Of a stretch of 64,000 nt of DNA, positions 48,901 to 63,673 are shown piece after piece. Origin of the DNA: Hamiltosporidium tvaerminnensis FI-OER-3-3 (taxonomy: Eukaryota; Fungi; Microsporidia); NCBI GenBank assembly GCA_022605425.2, contig CM061249.1:1113746-1177745 (forward strand), written 5' to 3'. Each line of letters opens with the position of its first letter. Position 1 is the first letter of the stretch. Under the pieces are notes generated by a model. The model made no database searches. It was not told the origin of the DNA and saw only the letters and a program-made list of their open reading frames with translations. The position numbers were made by a program, and so were the translations under genes.

Positions 48901-51399
48901 AACACATTCGCCGTTAACTTTGTAAGTCACTCTAGATCTTTATATTTTTTTGGGTTTATCACTTTCCGTCTTTTTTCGTTTAATCTCTATGACATATGTG
49001 AATTTTTTTTGAAAACTGTTTTATGTGGCATAATATACCATTTAGTGAATAATTTATTTAATTTTGTATTTTTTTGGAAGCGTTTTAGTTAAAACTGATC
49101 GTTTTTTTTATGATTTTACTTGGAACAAAAATATTTTATTAGTTGATCTTTGGGTAAGGGTACTCTCTATGGTTATATTTGAATTATCAGTATATCTATT
49201 TAAATCCCTTATGATAAAACTTGGTTAGGGCTAGTATAAAGAAGAGACAAAAATTGTGTGTTTGATAAATGAATGAATTTAAAGATTATGTAAATAAAAG
49301 TATCCATTTATTTATAGACTTATCGCAAGATCGATAAATTTTTTTTTAAAAAAAGCTTCAAATATAAGTCTTCCAAGCACTATTTTTCTCACGTTGTAGC
49401 TAGTTTGAATGTATATTTCTACTTTTAGTTTATAATGTTCTTTATATATTATTTTGTTTATATTTTGAGTCAAAGCTTGAATTATATTTATAATTTCAAT
49501 ATTTTGAATTCATAAATTTTACTTTTGAATACTTGAGGGTCCTCCTCATTGCATTCAAGTATATTATGTGCATATATTGTTTGATCCACGATTTACCTCT
49601 ATATCTACTCTTTCTTGGTTTCGTAGTAGTTTCCACCGATTCTAAATTTTTTATCGTGCAAAATTAATTAGCTTGACTAATTCTTGAGTACTATTAAATA
49701 AATGTCTCCTTCTTTCATAAAAACTTTTTAACAAATTCTTGCCGCTTACTGTTAATATACTCGTACAAGTTTCAGATAAAAACTCTGCATAAATTGCTTT
49801 AAATACTTTTTTCAAAAATGAAAACTTTAGAAAATGAAAAATAGCAGTATATTATTCCTGCTACACATTACAACCTAGAAAGTATTTTTAAGAATAATTG
49901 ATGCATATGTTTCTATGAACACTAAAATATTTCTCGCGTTTTGTGTTGTAATTTTGACTACAATTATTGGTCGTGTAAGATTTATGACTAAATCAAAAGA
50001 TTATATCGTAATCGAAGCACTATTATAGGTGTTTTGTATTTTTTAACCAATTTAAAATTTCGAGATAAACCCTACTAGGCGTCTTTATAGTATTACTCGT
50101 TTATAATATATAAAATAATTTAGAAGTAGTTTTTTTAAAAGTATTTTTTAGCTGTACTTCAAAAGTTCATCATTTGTTTCCAGAATATCTTTTCAAATCA
50201 ATATGATTTATAACATAAAGATAATATTTTTTGTTATGTAATTATATTAACGATTTAACCTTTTTACGAGGAACAAAATTTTTATATTTAGCAGATGTTT
50301 TGCCGTAGTCCAATACAACTGATTTGAACTTTCCTAGTATTTTTTTGTATGTTGGACCAATCGGTCTTAGTATACAAAGCAATTAAATTCAAATTCTTTT
50401 CAAATAATCATTTAATAAGCGGTTTTTCAAAACCAAAACTCATTCATAGCATTGCTCCATCCGGTTTTGTAAAAATTTAATTTTTTGGTAAATAGAAACA
50501 ATCCAATTTTTGTCTTAATGAGCGTTTTCTGGTCGTTTTAATTTTCAATTAGATAACTGTTATCCAGTAAAAAAATATTGAATTATTTTTTATTCCTAAT
50601 TAGTCTTCTTGAATATTATTTTTAGTATTTTTGATTTACCCTATAATCTAAAATAATTGTTTAAAAGAACTTATTGCACTTTAGGATAAAATTTTGTTTG
50701 ATTATGACGTTTTAACATGTTAAACACAAAAAAAATGACAATGACCGACTTTAATACCATTTTTAGGTTTCAATATGAAAAAACATTTTCACATAATTAG
50801 GTATCAAAGACATATCAAAACTTGAAGATTCATTTAATATATTCTATGTGGAAAAAAACATGATAGAAATACAACTGCTGTAAGAAAACTCTCAAAAACC
50901 AGAAATGATTCGGGTTCATTATTGATGGGTTTAATATTTTTTTCTAAATACACAATGCTTTCTATTCGATGTTTCGATTTAGTAAATATGTAAAACAAAA
51001 AGTCAATATAAAATCAAGGATTACTCTAAAATACACCTTTAATGAGAAAATTGCATTTAAATTACTAAAGCGATGTAAATAGTAAAAATATGTGCTGTAT
51101 ATTTTTCTAATGTTGCAAAGGTTGCATTTAAAATAAAATTATAGGTTATTTAGAAAACTTAAAAAGCAATTTGTTTCATACTAGATTAAGCTACTGATCA
51201 GAAATTTAAATTCATTAACTATGCTGATATATAAAATGTCTTTTTTAATATTTATAAATAAATAAAGAATAATAGAAAAAATATTCCGATTTTACATCAA
51301 GATTTATAACATTCATTGTTTTAGATATCCGTCATTCTTAACATAATACATAAAAAATTATACCTTTTGTTGATCTATGTTGTGAAAATATCCCACTCC

Positions 51400-52960
51400 T
51401 TTTGGTAAAATAGATATATACATAATTGTTGGAATAATAGAAGATTGCAAAGGTAAACCGCACTAAGAACATTTTAAGAAGTGGAAAGCAAACCAATATA
51501 AGATTTGAAAAACTTTTTGCACGCGATTTGACTCAAGAAATCAATAACAAGCAATTAATAAACATTCAATATTTTTAATAAATATTTATATACCAGTAGT
51601 AACACTTGAATTCAGCGAGTTCTAAAAATTGTATGATGTAGCTTGCCAATGTTAGTAAAGAACAAGTTCTATCTACGTCCGGAATATGAAGCAGTTGTAC
51701 CTTCTTAGAACAGAACACGGATAAATTTAAGTAGTGTTGAGCTGAAAGCGAATATATATTTTGCAACTCTTTGAATATCTGGGACAAAACAAAGAAACAT
51801 TTAATAAAATAGCAGTATCTTAAAAGTGGAAAATAATAATAACGCACATCTCGCATTAATAAAGAATTTTTATAGGTTGTATAAGGTTTAAAAGAGGAAG
51901 TCCTAAGAAAAAAATAGAAGAAGCTCAACTACTAAGTTAAATAATAAAATATAAACCCGAATACTACATTTGAAGCTATGTATACAAAAAAATGAGCTTG
52001 TAGGGGTATGTGCCACCCCAAAATAGTTAAAGAATGGAAGTATAGGACCTGGGGAGGGTGCAGTGTTCTGCTATATCCAAGATAGAAATGTTTTAGAGCG
52101 AGCAACTTGCGTATGTAAACACATCAACCCGTGCGGAAACAATTAGAAATTATAGCTACAAACTTTGAGAAAATGCCTGACTAATACAATACTAGACAAG
52201 ACAATGAGGGGGCTTGATGTATACATATACTGTATCTAAATAGATATAAATTTAGTAATCTAAAACAAATTAAAAGTCACCCAGTTCATGAACTTCTTGT
52301 AACCGAGCGTGAATATAAGTGTTGAAACTAGAACGAAAACTGATATCCGAATTCGGAATTATAAACTCGATCCTTATTAGAGTAAGAGTAAAAAAAGAAT
52401 GCCACACATTGAGGTAGAAATTACACCCAAAGATTCAATCCAAAAATAAAAAGGAAAACTTAAGAAGTTGATTTAATTGCCTCTGTGTTAAGTCTTATTT
52501 GTAAATTTAGCGGAGAGATAATCCTTATGGTTTAACCACGAAAGGCATTGGGGGGGGGGGGGGCAAACCACTACAAGACATATGTTAAAGAATACAAATA
52601 AGATGATGGGGAGACATAAATCCAATCGATAATACTTAAGAAAATAGTCAAAATTTATTATGATCGACGAGGACTCGAGTCGAGTTGGATTTCCGAGAAG
52701 AGTTGAAAGTATTTTATTAGGTGTTTTATATATATCTTTATGAACTAGGAATCAAAACATTTTTTTAAGACAAGCTAGTGTCGAGGATGATGGTGTTCGG
52801 TAAGAAAACACAAGATAGAATACTTCTAATTTCAGATGGCAATACCACAGTAGAAGAACTCACAATAAACATAAATAAAGAATCCGATTTAGGAGGATAA
52901 AAGTAAGTTGTTAAAGCGGAAGTAAAAATTATATTAAAAGATAAAATTCATCAACTCGGA
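51400..52960 (+). mobile_element. Older, heavily degraded copy of the RLE non-LTR family
   Basis: TRTKTDIRIRNYKLD (~52328), IEVEITPKDSIQ (~52408), IQSIILKKIVK (~52619) and INKESDL (~52871) parallel the 39647-40273 protein. Confidence 0.8.
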
Positions 52961-53703
52961 ATTTTGTTAAAAAATTTAGATATGAAAAATGGCATAAAAA
53001 ATAATGCAAATATCTAAGTTTAAAAACATGATAGATTACTTAAAGTGTCTTAAACTTAATATTGGAATGAATTGTATAGTTTGAATTATTAATTATACAG
53101 TATATAACAAATTTATTTGAGTTTTCAATTTTCTTATCAAATTTATAAAATTCCGTGTATATCAATGCTTTAAAACATCTCATGTCACTAAAAATATGTG
53201 AAATCCATCATCATATTTCATAATAACCAAGATTTTTTATTTTATTATAACTTCTTGGATTTAAATTTCCCAACAAAACATTTTTAAAAAGTTATGTCTT
53301 AGTATTTCCTTAAAGATCCATATGAAATTTTGTATAATGTACCTAAAGTATTGAACAGCAACTGATTTTATACAAACAAAAGTATATATACTCGAAGTTG
53401 ATAAATGAAATTATTTGTATTTTTACCCAAAATTGGTAAATATAAATATCCTGATAACTAATATATCCTTTAACAAAAAAAAATACAAATACATTTAGTA
53501 GAATTTTAAACAATATTTTGATCCTAATTCATTATATTTTGAAAGAATATTAGACCTAACATCAAATTCATAGAGTATATCGATCACGTTTACATTTATA
53601 ATAAGCTTCTAAATATTTATCAAGTTCTAACTCATTATTAAAAATTTCGTTTTATTATAATTAAAATTTAATTTTTTTCAATAGATAAGTGATAAAAAGA
53701 ACC

Positions 53704-54220
53704 GACCGCAGCTAAACTTGTGGGTAATTGCCATGTATAAGCATGGAAACCTAGCCTTGCTCACTCGGGTTAGAAGACTTTGCGCCTGGGAGATATAAAA
53801 ATAAAACCCATTAAAAGCCGGGAGAGCTAAGTAGCAGGTTATACCTGTTGGTATGACATTGCACTGTCTAGGTGGACCCCATGTAAGTCTCTGAAATATA
53901 TCTTAGCTAGAAGTTTATTGGGTTCAGAAAGTGTAGAGTAAGTGGGAATGCTTCATAGTCTTGGGGGAGCCCAGGGGGGCTTCGGCCTTCGATAGCACTC
54001 CATGCAACGGACATTAACGAACTCCCGGCAACTGCCTCGCCTATTAATTAGATTCTATACATTTGGTAGATGAAAGGCTTTGGGACGTAGGTATCGCAGG
54101 GGTTACCGATGGAGTATTGGGGTAGCAGTCATTTATGTTAAACCTAGAACTGCGTTAATGTCATAAAAACAAATATAACACTTGCCACTATTTTAAAAAG
54201 ATGTGATACTTTTAAATAAA
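53704..54220 (+). repeat. 5'-truncated copy of the structured repeat in the opposite orientation
   Basis: Reverse complement of ~40541-41050; GGGGGC-TTCG-GCCTTC at 53975-53990; ends in gatgtgatacttttaaataaa. Confidence 0.93.
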
Positions 54221-56749
54221 TAATTATTTATACCAAATTAAAATATTATTTAAATTATTATTTATTTGAATTGTTTTTCGTTTTAATCCGTATTGCTCCA
54301 GTGAAAGCTAAGGAGCAAAGAAAACCAAAAAAACATTAATCCAAACATTTATAAAATTGTTGTAGAAATTGTATTTGAACAAGGTAGATAAATTAAAAAC
54401 ATTGAAATTAACAAACAATTAATATAAAAACAGATAATGAAATGTAGTTTTAATTTTGAAGTAGTATAATAAGAACAAGATTATCAGTTAGAGACATATT
54501 AATGTACTATACAATTTATTTAAATTTAATTCTTTATATAATTAGAGTAAACCACTAGATAAGTAAAATAACAAATAAAATAATGGAAAACTAAGTAATA
54601 TTTTACAAATGTAACAATTTATGTTTTAAATTAGTCAAATATGAGTTAATAGTTTAAGACGAAATTTTTGTATGAATATATTGTGATGAATCAAATATCA
54701 AAATTCTCTAATAAAGATTTTATGATATAGTGGGAATAACTTAAGGACTGTATAAATATAAATAAAAGCATTTTATTTCAACGAAGTCAATAGTATTACA
54801 TTTTAATAAATTTTCTTGAAAGTATTATACGTGAAATTTAAATACTCTTTCAGATTTATATCATTCTTTAAATTAGAATTGTATTCTTTATAAGTAACAA
54901 AAACAATATATTTATAATAGAAGCTATAACTGTAAATAAATTAAAGAAAGGTAAATAGTATAAGGTTATATAGGAATCCAAAGTTATGTATGAATACCCT
55001 ATATGATCAAAGTTTCATTCAATATATTGAAGGCTTTTAAAAACATGTTCACAAAATTTAATACGGCCATATTTAGGTCAAACACAACGTATTATGGCCA
55101 AGATTAAAAAATATTATTTTAAGATAATCAGTTAAGGTTTGAATAGTTAAAATGTTCTAAATGACCATAAAAAAGCAAGCAATACCTTACACTCAAAAAC
55201 TTCTAATTATAGTAAATTTTATAAGTTTATTAGACTTAACACTCAAAAATCATAGAAGAAGAGAAAATACTTAATTATATATTCGAATACAACATATTGA
55301 TACGAATCAACGAATTTAACGGTAAATGAATATTAAATTAGTATAAAATTAATAAATTACATCAAAGTATAGCAAAATCATAATTTATTTAGAACCAAAT
55401 ATTGCTTTACTAAAACAAGACAAGAATAAAGAAGCCAGAATTCTTTTATAATTAGAAAAACTGCTGCATGAGTAACCGTTATAACTTGATAAGGGAATAA
55501 CAAAAGAAATATATAAAAAATATAGGAACAATTTAAAACAGAAAATTCGAATAAAAAAACAAGAAATATGAAAAAGAGCAATTAAAAATAGAATTAAAAT
55601 AAATTTTATCTTAACCGACTCTATACAAGTTAAAATTCTAAACTAAGAAAACATAAATAAAATAAATGCTTAACTAAAATCATCCACATGAAAGAATAAA
55701 AGTTCGATAATTGTAAATAAAATTTGAAATGGTACAATTTTTTTATGCAAAAAAGAAATATTTTATCTTAACCGCTATAAACAATACTAATTTCATATAG
55801 AACATAAAATATGAAATATATACTAGTTTATATTACAGAAAAGACTATACAGATTTTATACAATATAAACTTACGTTACAAAAAAGCAACTGAAATCTAC
55901 CACTAGTTATTTAAAATAACGAGTTTACAATATAAATATATTTTTCTTTAATTAAAAGCCAACATCATATAGTTAAACTTAAAAAATATATGACAACAAC
56001 AAGTACAGTATTTTAAGTATGTAATAAAAATACAAATCAAGTTTTTAATATGTTATAAATTTAATTTAGAACAAAATGTATGACTTAATACAGAAGAAGT
56101 GACAAAGTTATCAAAAAAATGAATAAAAAACTTACTAAAGTTTATATCCCATGCATATCTATGTAGCGAAAGTACGTAGTATTCCAAATAATATTTTTGA
56201 ATGAAACATCTAAATTTTGAATTTTTAAAAAAATTATTGTGTAATGAATTGAATCGAACAACCAAGCAATATTTATTTTCGTTATAATATTACATTTTAC
56301 AGCCTTAAAATTGTATATTCCTGAAACTCCGTAGAAAAATAAAATTAATACAAATTATAAATAAAAAAGTATTGTGTCTAAATAAAAACCGTATAGTTTT
56401 AAAAGAAATAATATGTTATGCTGGTGAATTCTTAATTGCATTGTAAAATAAAAGAAACTGAGGATATTGAAATTAAAAAAAACAGTGCAGTTCGATAAGA
56501 TTTATTTCATTAAACAATTGATAGCTCGATAAATGATACCATACATACCTTTCGAAATCAGAAAAAAAATTTTAAAAATGAACCAACATGATATATAAGA
56601 AATAATAACGTAAAGAAAAATAAGCGGTAAATAAAAATAACAAAACAATATTACAAATTTATAATAACAGACTATCTCGGTTTTGGAAAAAAAATATATT
56701 TCTGTATAAACTAACACATAGAATGATTTAAAACCATTACCTCTTTTTT

Positions 56750-57436
56750 ACAAAGTCACTAGTATAAATTTTTTTGATGACATTCACGCAGTTCTGAGTT
56801 TAACATATGTGACAGCATCCCCACCACACTATCTGTACCACTTACGATACCCTTTTCAAGGCTTTCATTTATAAAGTATATATGATCTATTTAATAGGGA
56901 AAAGGTTTGCGTAGCGTTTGCCCATATCTGTTACTAAGTTTTGATTGTAGGTAGAACATAGCTCGAACTTAACCTTTCGAGATTATGCAGGATTTTCACT
57001 TACTCTATCCACTCCGAAGCCAATAAATGCTCGCTAAGATATATTTTGATGACTAACACAGACCTACTTAGACAATGCAATATCATAACAAAAGTATAAC
57101 ATGTTACATCGCTCCACAGTTTCAAAATTATTTATTTCTATCTCTTTACGCTAATTCTTATAACCTGGTGTTTGAGACTATGTTTTATTCTTTTAGATCA
57201 CACTTACCTTAAGTTAATTTGCAGTCTAAAATCTAGTCACATAACAACCTAAAAAAGTACACAAAAAAAGCATTGAAAATTTATGAACCTTTTCTTTGAA
57301 TTAGAACAGCCATGGAACCCAAAAAATAAAGATTGGTGTAATTTGTACAAAAAAGCAAAACACTTAGTTGATACATACCTTTCATCAAATAATTTACAAG
57401 TAGCACAGTCTTAATGTGGTTATCCTCTCTCTACTA
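56750..57436 (-). repeat. Degenerate full-length copy of the structured repeat
   Basis: atgacattcacgcagttct, ttacgatacc, gctaagatatattt, tagacaatgcaatatcata and the end motif atgtggttatcctctct. Confidence 0.85.
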
Positions 57437-60400
57437 TGGCCTTAGCAATTAGAAAAAAAATTAATTTTAACATAAACCAGTCACCTTTAAATTCAATCAA
57501 ACTAATCCACCTCTCTTTTTAAAGTTATTTGCCCTTAAATTTTTTTAAAAAGTATCCCTCTTTATGAAATATATGTTCAAATCGTTTCTTTTGAATAAAA
57601 TTATTTTTATATTTGAAAAAAAATAAAAGAGTACAAAATAGTTTGTGATTCTGAATGATAGCAGGATCAAATAGAGTAATAGAATCTCTTTTTTTAGAGG
57701 CTGATATTTTTTGTAGTTTACAAATATTCTTACATCATAAAACACTTTTTATTGAATGCTAAAATAGGAAAGACATACAAAAATCGAATGTTTTATTGCG
57801 ATTAATCGGCACATTAGTTCAGAGTATTTTTTTAATCTTCATAATTTTTCTGTAGAATTTCGCAAGATCTTACGTTAATGAACAATTTTTCTGATATTTT
57901 TTTTTTCAATCAAATTTAAAATAAAAAAAAATCATAAAATTATGGCGAAACTTAAATTCTCATGAAATTTGTTCATAAACTTAAGGTCTTGCTAAATCCT
58001 ACATAAATTGAAAAGTAGGATTTTTAAATTAATTTTATAATTAATTATCTAATTTAAGAAAAGGAAACTTAGAAGGACAAGAGTATGATATTACTAAGTT
58101 TTTCTAAATTTTATTACAACATTGAGGTTATAAAAGCAGAAAAACAGATGTGGGGGTCTTTGAAGCTGTAATATAAAAGAAACAAAATTTTTTTTGAACT
58201 TTAAGAAAATTATAGTCAAAAGAGTTAGTATCCTTATAATGAAAATTGTCTATTATTTTTGTTAATAGCAGTGTATTGATAAGAATTATGAAGAAAGCTT
58301 CGGTATCAACTTCTTTTTTTTGATCTATAGCTAAGATTTATATTCCACATACCCTAACTTTAGAAGGGTTTTAAAATCACAGTTTAAACTCGGATAAGGT
58401 CTACTATCAAGAGAATATAATTTTTTTAAAATTTAATTCAAATCAAAAGAAAAAAAGTGATATTCCGAATTTTTGTAATAAAATAATTTTATAATATTAT
58501 CAGATAATGATATTTAAAGAGTCTTTAACCTTCATAATTATATATTCATATATAAACAGTAAAACATGCTTGCAAAAAAAAAAGAATATTTTAAGATTTT
58601 TAGTATTATTCTTAAATTTTTGTAGCGTATATTAGATTTTTTACGTTTTAAAGTACTACCAAAACCAAAACATGTTTTTAAAAAATACTAATATTTTGTC
58701 AGAATCCAACATATATGCTGAATAATATTTGTATGTTTTCACAATGCAAAATCCCAATAGTCATCTATTCTATTTACATATTATATGTGAAAATTTCTTT
58801 ATTTCTATGCAACAAAAACAAAACCTAATATTGCAGTAAAATAATTCGAATTTCCAGAATAAAAAGCCTTCTATATTTGAAAATATTCATAAGTTTGATA
58901 TAATTGATACACAGATACTATTACCAGGCGTTTATAATTCGCATTTTTTTTTGAATAAAGATAATTCTAATTCAAAGTACGTTTAGATTATCAAAATATT
59001 GGTAAAAGGTAATTGTGCGTTGAGATGCATTTCCTATCTTCGAAAAAAATATAAGATTTTCATTCATGTACCTTGAAGTCAAAGATATACATTCTTTTCA
59101 TAAAAAATTTGTTTTAAAATAGTTAAAGAAAATATTTCAAAATTAATAGCTAGAAATGCAACATAATAAAAGTTATATTTGAAACTAAATATGCGAAATA
59201 TATTTAATTGTCATTCGGATTATAAACACATAAAAATGCTTCAAATTGACTAGTTATTATTTGGTCATTTATTTTGGCGAGAAAAAGTTGTTTGAAACTA
59301 TAAATTTCACAATACGCAGAATAAAGCCTTTGAAGTTTACAAAACACCTTATTTGATTAAAACAGGTGATTTATTATGTTTCGAAAAAAACTAAAAAATA
59401 ACGATTATTTCCCGTTTGATGTATGTGTAATTCAATTTTACCTCCAATCACTGAGATATATACTTTTAGAGACGAACAAAATAAATATAAATGCTAAAAA
59501 AAATTTAAATTATTTAAAAAGTTATTTTTTTATTCGGTATATATATTCAAATTAAATTTTTTTAGAAATTTCTTTTACACCTTTTTAGAGGGTTTTAACA
59601 CAGTGTTTTGGATTAAAGATTTTCCTTTTAAATATTGGAATGAAAAAAAGGTGACAATAGTTTAGATAAGCTGGAATCGGGAAATTAAAAGAATGAGCTT
59701 TGTCCGTCAGTTAGTTGCCCGACCCGGGATATTTTTTAATAAATTCCAACGATGTTAAATATTTTTAGATTTGATTATGATATAAAAATAAAAAGCAAAG
59801 TTGCGATTTTTACAAAGATTGCAAGAACTTTCTAATCAAGAGCATTGCAAAAAAAATTTTTATTGCTATTTTGATATATTTTGTGGCAAAAAGAAATTTT
59901 AGGAAAACAAATAAATGAATCTACATGAGCTTAACACCTGTAAAAAAATTCGAGCCTTTTAATAATTAGCAAGAAAACTAGGATACATTAACATAAATTT
60001 ATAAGCAAAACTTTTTTGATTCTTAGCACTTCTTGCTATTTCTTCTTTTCTCATCAGTGTTTTGGTTTTTAAATGTCAAAAAGCATACCTAGGTAAATCA
60101 TTTTTTTTGATCCGCATTAGAGTTTCAAAAAGACCACATGCCTAAATTACTTGTTTCCGTATAATATAAAGCTAAAGATTGATATGATAAGGTACTACCG
60201 AGTACGTGCTAAAGAAATGCAATTTTGAAATTCTTATATACTATAAAGTCTAATGATATAATATTTGATATCTTGATTGTATCAAAAAAAATTTATCTTA
60301 AGTTTTAAAATCAAACGATTTACAAATTTTCTTTTAAATTTGAAATAATATTTAAAAGTTAATAAAAACACTGAGAACATCAGAATATTTTTTTTCGGAA

Positions 60401-62479
60401 AAAGTATTCGACAGTATCACAAAAAATGATTTTCAACGCCGGTAATTTTCGTTGACAGTATCTATACACATAAGAAAAAAGAATTTTTTTCCAGGCAATA
60501 ATTGACCATAAAGAAAACATATTAGAATATTTTTGATTACTTTCTTGGACTTGATTCTTTCAAAATCTCATCTAAATAAATATTAAATTATTTTACTTTA
60601 GGTTTCTTCGTAGTTTTTTTTAGTTTGTTTAATCTTTTCGCTAGGATACAACAAATTTAAGCTACATCGCAAATCTATGCAGGATTTTGTTATAGCACTA
60701 CATTTCAAAAACTATATAAGCTTAAGATTAAATCTTAATTCTTAGTACATGATTTTCAATATATTTATAAAAGCTTAAGGGGTATTTGATATGCATTTCC
60801 AAGAAGTAATTCTTACTCTCTAATCTTTTATTTTTAAATGCTGTCGTAGTTCTCAAAAAAAAACATATAAAGTATTTTTAATTGTGATTTTCTGAATGGT
60901 GAGTCTATTTATGTACCAGCTAGAAATATACAAGGCATATCTTGCGCAGATCAATATAAACTATGTCTAAAATGAAAATTTTAAGGCACTATCCCGAAAA
61001 CAGAGAAAAAAATAGATTTTTAGCTCAAAGTAACAACTAACTCAGTTAATTTCCCTAAAATACCCTAATCTATGAATAAGTACAAATATAAATTTATGAT
61101 TTAATGTTGAGAAGTAAATACCAAAAATTTAAAAATACTGTAGTTTGTTAAAAATCATCAATAAAACATAAAAAGGAAATGAAAATTGATAAAAACATGC
61201 TAACTTATACAAAAAAGTAAATAAACCAAGATTTACGAATATTATCATATAAAAAATCACAAGTTATAAGTTTTTATGCAAATCAAATTAGTACATATAT
61301 TTTGTCACAAAATTTGATAGATGTATTCTGATTAAACTAAAACATAAAAGAGTCAATAAAAATGCTAAATTTTTAAAAAAAAACGCGAAACAAGGCATTA
61401 TTTTCTATTAGATTCCCTCTGTATTTATTTTTGACTATTACACATGCTGCTGTCTCAATAATTTTTCTGCTTTACTTTTTCAAGATTATATTTATTCTCA
61501 AATGTCTTTTTAAATAAAAGATCTTTCCAAAGAAAAATTATCTTCACTAGATCTTTTTAGAATATTTTTAGTTAAATGTATTGATTAATAGAATAGATAG
61601 TAATCAAGGAATTCATTTTTATAAGATGATGGCCTGTTTTTTGTAATGAACATAATGGAGCCAAGTCTAAATGCATATGCTACTTTATTTAAATGCTCAT
61701 AACATTCTTATGAAAGATGGGAAAAATCATACTCGTTTTTAAAGTTTAAATTAAAGAAAGGGGCTTAGAGAATGTCGCGCAAGTAAGATCCAGTGTTTGT
61801 ACAAAATTTTGTTATTCAAACATGATTAATTTTTTCATTTAGTTCGATTTATTTTGCTTTTAATAGTAAAATATTTATTTTGAAATTTATTTTTAAATTA
61901 TGACTTCACCGAAACTTGTCGATTTTTGGAGACTAGGGTAATACAACATATCATTAAAATATCTTAGAAATTATGATACTAAAAAATTTTATCCTATGAT
62001 ATCTAATGTATAAAAATTAAATACTTAATTTCACAATATATAAATTTCCAACTTTTTTTAAAAAAAGACGCTGAATTTTAAAAATATTGTTTTATCCAAT
62101 CCCAAATTTAAAAAAATCAAAATAGCTTAAGATTTTCTATATAATAATATGCAATAAGCTAATCTGGAAATTTATAAAGCAAAATATTACACTTATATAT
62201 AATTATAAAAAAAATTGCAATATTTCTTAAACTGTAAAAAAAAATAAAAGTGAAATTTGCCGTAGAAATAAATTTTGAATATTAAGGAAAACAACTAAAG
62301 CTAAAATATCCACGTTAGAAACAACCTGCTCACGATAAAAAGTGAAAGACATTTTGAAATTATTATTTAGATTTGACAGAATCTACGATAATAAATTGCC
62401 AGCGGTTCCATCAAATTCATATCCAGAGTAATGGTCTAACATTAAGCGCTTTTTTTTTCTTCAATTTACGAAATGTAGT

Positions 62480-62990
62480 AATTTTGATACTAACTTTAGA
62501 TTACAATCTAACATGCAGGTAGTCGCTAAGCCAACTTCCGGAAACCACCATTGCACATTTGAATATGAAGCTCGCTGCAAATTTTGACCATGTAAATATT
62601 TGAACATGAGAACCGATATAACAGATTCTACCTATAAACTTTAAATCAGTTGTCTATATGGACCCCTGTAAGTCTCCGAGATACATTCTAGTTGAATGAT
62701 TTTCGAATTGAAGATTAGATCAAGTAAAATGCTGCACCTTTTTGAAATTTTTGAAAGCGAAATTGGGCCTGCGAATCGTACTTTGTTGCAATAGACAAGA
62801 AAAATTCAGGAGTTACTGACTCGCTTATTAAATAAATCTAGACATTTTTGTAAAAAATTCTCTTGGATTTAAGTATCTTAAGATATACCAATAAATTGAT
62901 ACGGGGTAGCTCTATGTAAAACCAGACTAGAGTTAATGCCTGAAAAAATATAACACCTTTCTTGGTTTTATAAGAAACGATATTTTTAAT
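62480..62990 (+). repeat. Degenerate copy of the structured repeat, + orientation, ~340 bp from the telomere
   Basis: tggacccctgtaagtctccgagatacattcta, ctcgcttattaa, ggggtagc and gagttaatgcctgaaaa match 53870-54215. Confidence 0.75.
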
Positions 62991-63328
62991 AACTAAAAAT
63001 ATCGTAAATGAACTTCTTTAATTTTGTTTCTTGCTGTTTGTAGAAATTATATTATTTACTACATAAATTAAGGTTTAAATTATTAAAATCCTTTAAAACG
63101 AATTAGTTAATAACAAAGAAAACAAGTAGAAATTTATTCTTCGAAATATAAATGTAAAAAGTTTTTACTGTGGAAACTTAAATGGTTTTAAAGATCGGAA
63201 ATCGAAATCAAATTATTTTTGAATAAAAAATGTTTTTATTTCTTATGTCAATTTAATTTCAAAAAAGTTTTAATAAATAATTTATCTAAACGTGTACTAA
63301 TTCCATGAATGAATTTTTCATATTCTGC

Positions 63329-63673
63329 AGGGTTAGGGTTAGGGTTAGGGTTAGGGTTAGGGTTAGGGTTAGGGTTAGGGTTAGGGTTAGGGTTAGGGTT
63401 AGGGTTAGGGTTAGGGTTAGGGTTAGGGTTAGGGTTAGGGTTAGGGTTAGGGTTAGGGTTAGGGTTAGGGTTAGGGTTAGGGTTAGGGTTAGGGTTAGGG
63501 TTAGGGTTAGGGTTAGGGTTAGGGTTAGGGTTAGGGTTAGGGTTAGGGTTAGGGTTAGGGTTAGGGTTAGGGTTAGGGTTAGGGTTAGGGTTAGGGTTAG
63601 GGTTAGGGTTAGGGTTAGGGTTAGGGTTAGGGTTAGGGTTAGGGTTAGGGTTAGGGTTAGGGTTAGGGTTAGG
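63329..63673 (+). repeat. Telomere (TTAGGG)n, about 57 perfect units
   Basis: Uninterrupted TTAGGG array with the G-strand running toward the sequence end. Confidence 0.98.

Noticed and set aside
52550-52563. G14 homopolymer as a G-quadruplex element
   Set aside because: It sits inside a decayed LINE; homopolymer length is unreliable and there is no functional context.
55378-57745. Short F/I/L/Y-rich ORFs here and at 21578, 22989, 26197, 27914, 35476, 43126-44401 and 51575
   Set aside because: Their composition is what chance ORFs in very AT-rich DNA look like; many have non-ATG starts and none has a recognisable motif.
59695-59735. GC-rich gcccgacccggga resembling a tRNA 3' arm or a Helitron terminus
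   Set aside because: No T-loop GTTC or cloverleaf, and no CTRR end.
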